From Macrostomum hystrix (lineage: Eukaryota; Animalia; Platyhelminthes): DNA of 64,000 nt. The DNA is taken from contig CATNEN010000024.1 in the NCBI GenBank assembly GCA_950097015.1, positions 62,001 through 126,000 of the forward strand. Reading direction: 5' to 3'. Within the stretch, counting starts at the first letter, position 1; the number at the start of each line of letters is the position of its first letter. Shown piece by piece: positions 63,465 through 64,000 of the stretch. The position numbers and the translations under genes were made by a program. The notes below the pieces were generated by a model that saw only the letters and a list, made by a program, of their open reading frames with translations, was not told the origin of the DNA and ran no database searches.

Positions 63465-64000
63465 ATGGGAGATTCTGTCTAACTCATTGGGAGATCTTGT
63501 CTAACTCATTGGGATATCCTGTCAAACTCATTGGGATATCCTGTCTAACTCATAGGGAGATCCTGTCAAACTCATAGGGATATCCTGTCTAACTCATTGG
63601 GAGATCCTGTCAAACTCATTGGGATATCCTGTCAAACTCATAGGGAGATCCTGTCAAACTCATGGGGGGATCCTGTCAAACTCATTGGGAGATCCTGTCA
63701 AACTCATGGGGGGATCCTGTCAAACTCATAGGGAGATCCTGTCTAACTCATTGGGATATCCTGTCTAATTCATTGGGATATCCTGTCAAACTCATAGGGA
63801 TATCCTGTCAAACGCATAGGGAGATCCTGTCAAACTCATAGGGATATCCTGTCAAACTCATAGGGAGATCCTGTCAAACTCATGGGGGGATCCTGTCTAA
63901 CTCATAGGGAGATCCTGTCAAACTCATAGGGATATCCTGTCTAACTCATTGGGAGATCCTGTCAAACTCATGGGGGGATCCTGTCAAACTCATAGGGAGA
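63465..64000. repeat. 22-bp satellite GGGAGATCCTGTCAAACTCATA, running off the window
   Basis: About 24 copies visible. Confidence 0.96.

Overview
Eukaryotic (animal) genomic DNA. GC-rich, poly-Q/poly-G coding exons, AT-rich introns (one as short as 40 nt) and very dense minisatellites suggest a free-living flatworm such as Macrostomum, which is an inference. Host genes: the 3' part of a Robo-like FN3-transmembrane receptor (1089-3475,+), a four-exon PTCD1-like PPR gene (31626-35326,+), a small stathmin-like gene (36649-37639,-) and a five-exon locus (40996-49291,+). In that last locus two ELAV/Sex-lethal-type RRMs splice in frame into a serine/threonine dehydratase-like domain that has lost its PLP-binding lysine (SFKIRG to SVCLRG). 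This predicted RNA-binding protein/pseudo-enzyme fusion is the most striking observation. Positions 5.2-28.6 kb are a transposon nest. It holds an internally deleted BEL/Pao element with apparently identical LTRs and three same-strand THAP/P-element-like transposase pseudogenes, two sharing an intron that the third lacks. It also holds a 4.3 kb hAT-type element carrying two tandem Helitrons that each carry a hAT MITE, and an intact FLYWCH-MULE (Phantom-like) foldback element inserted into one of the P-like genes. The last 12 kb are mostly tandem repeats. All splice models are hand-derived from GT/AG signals and reading-frame phase and have not been tested against transcripts.
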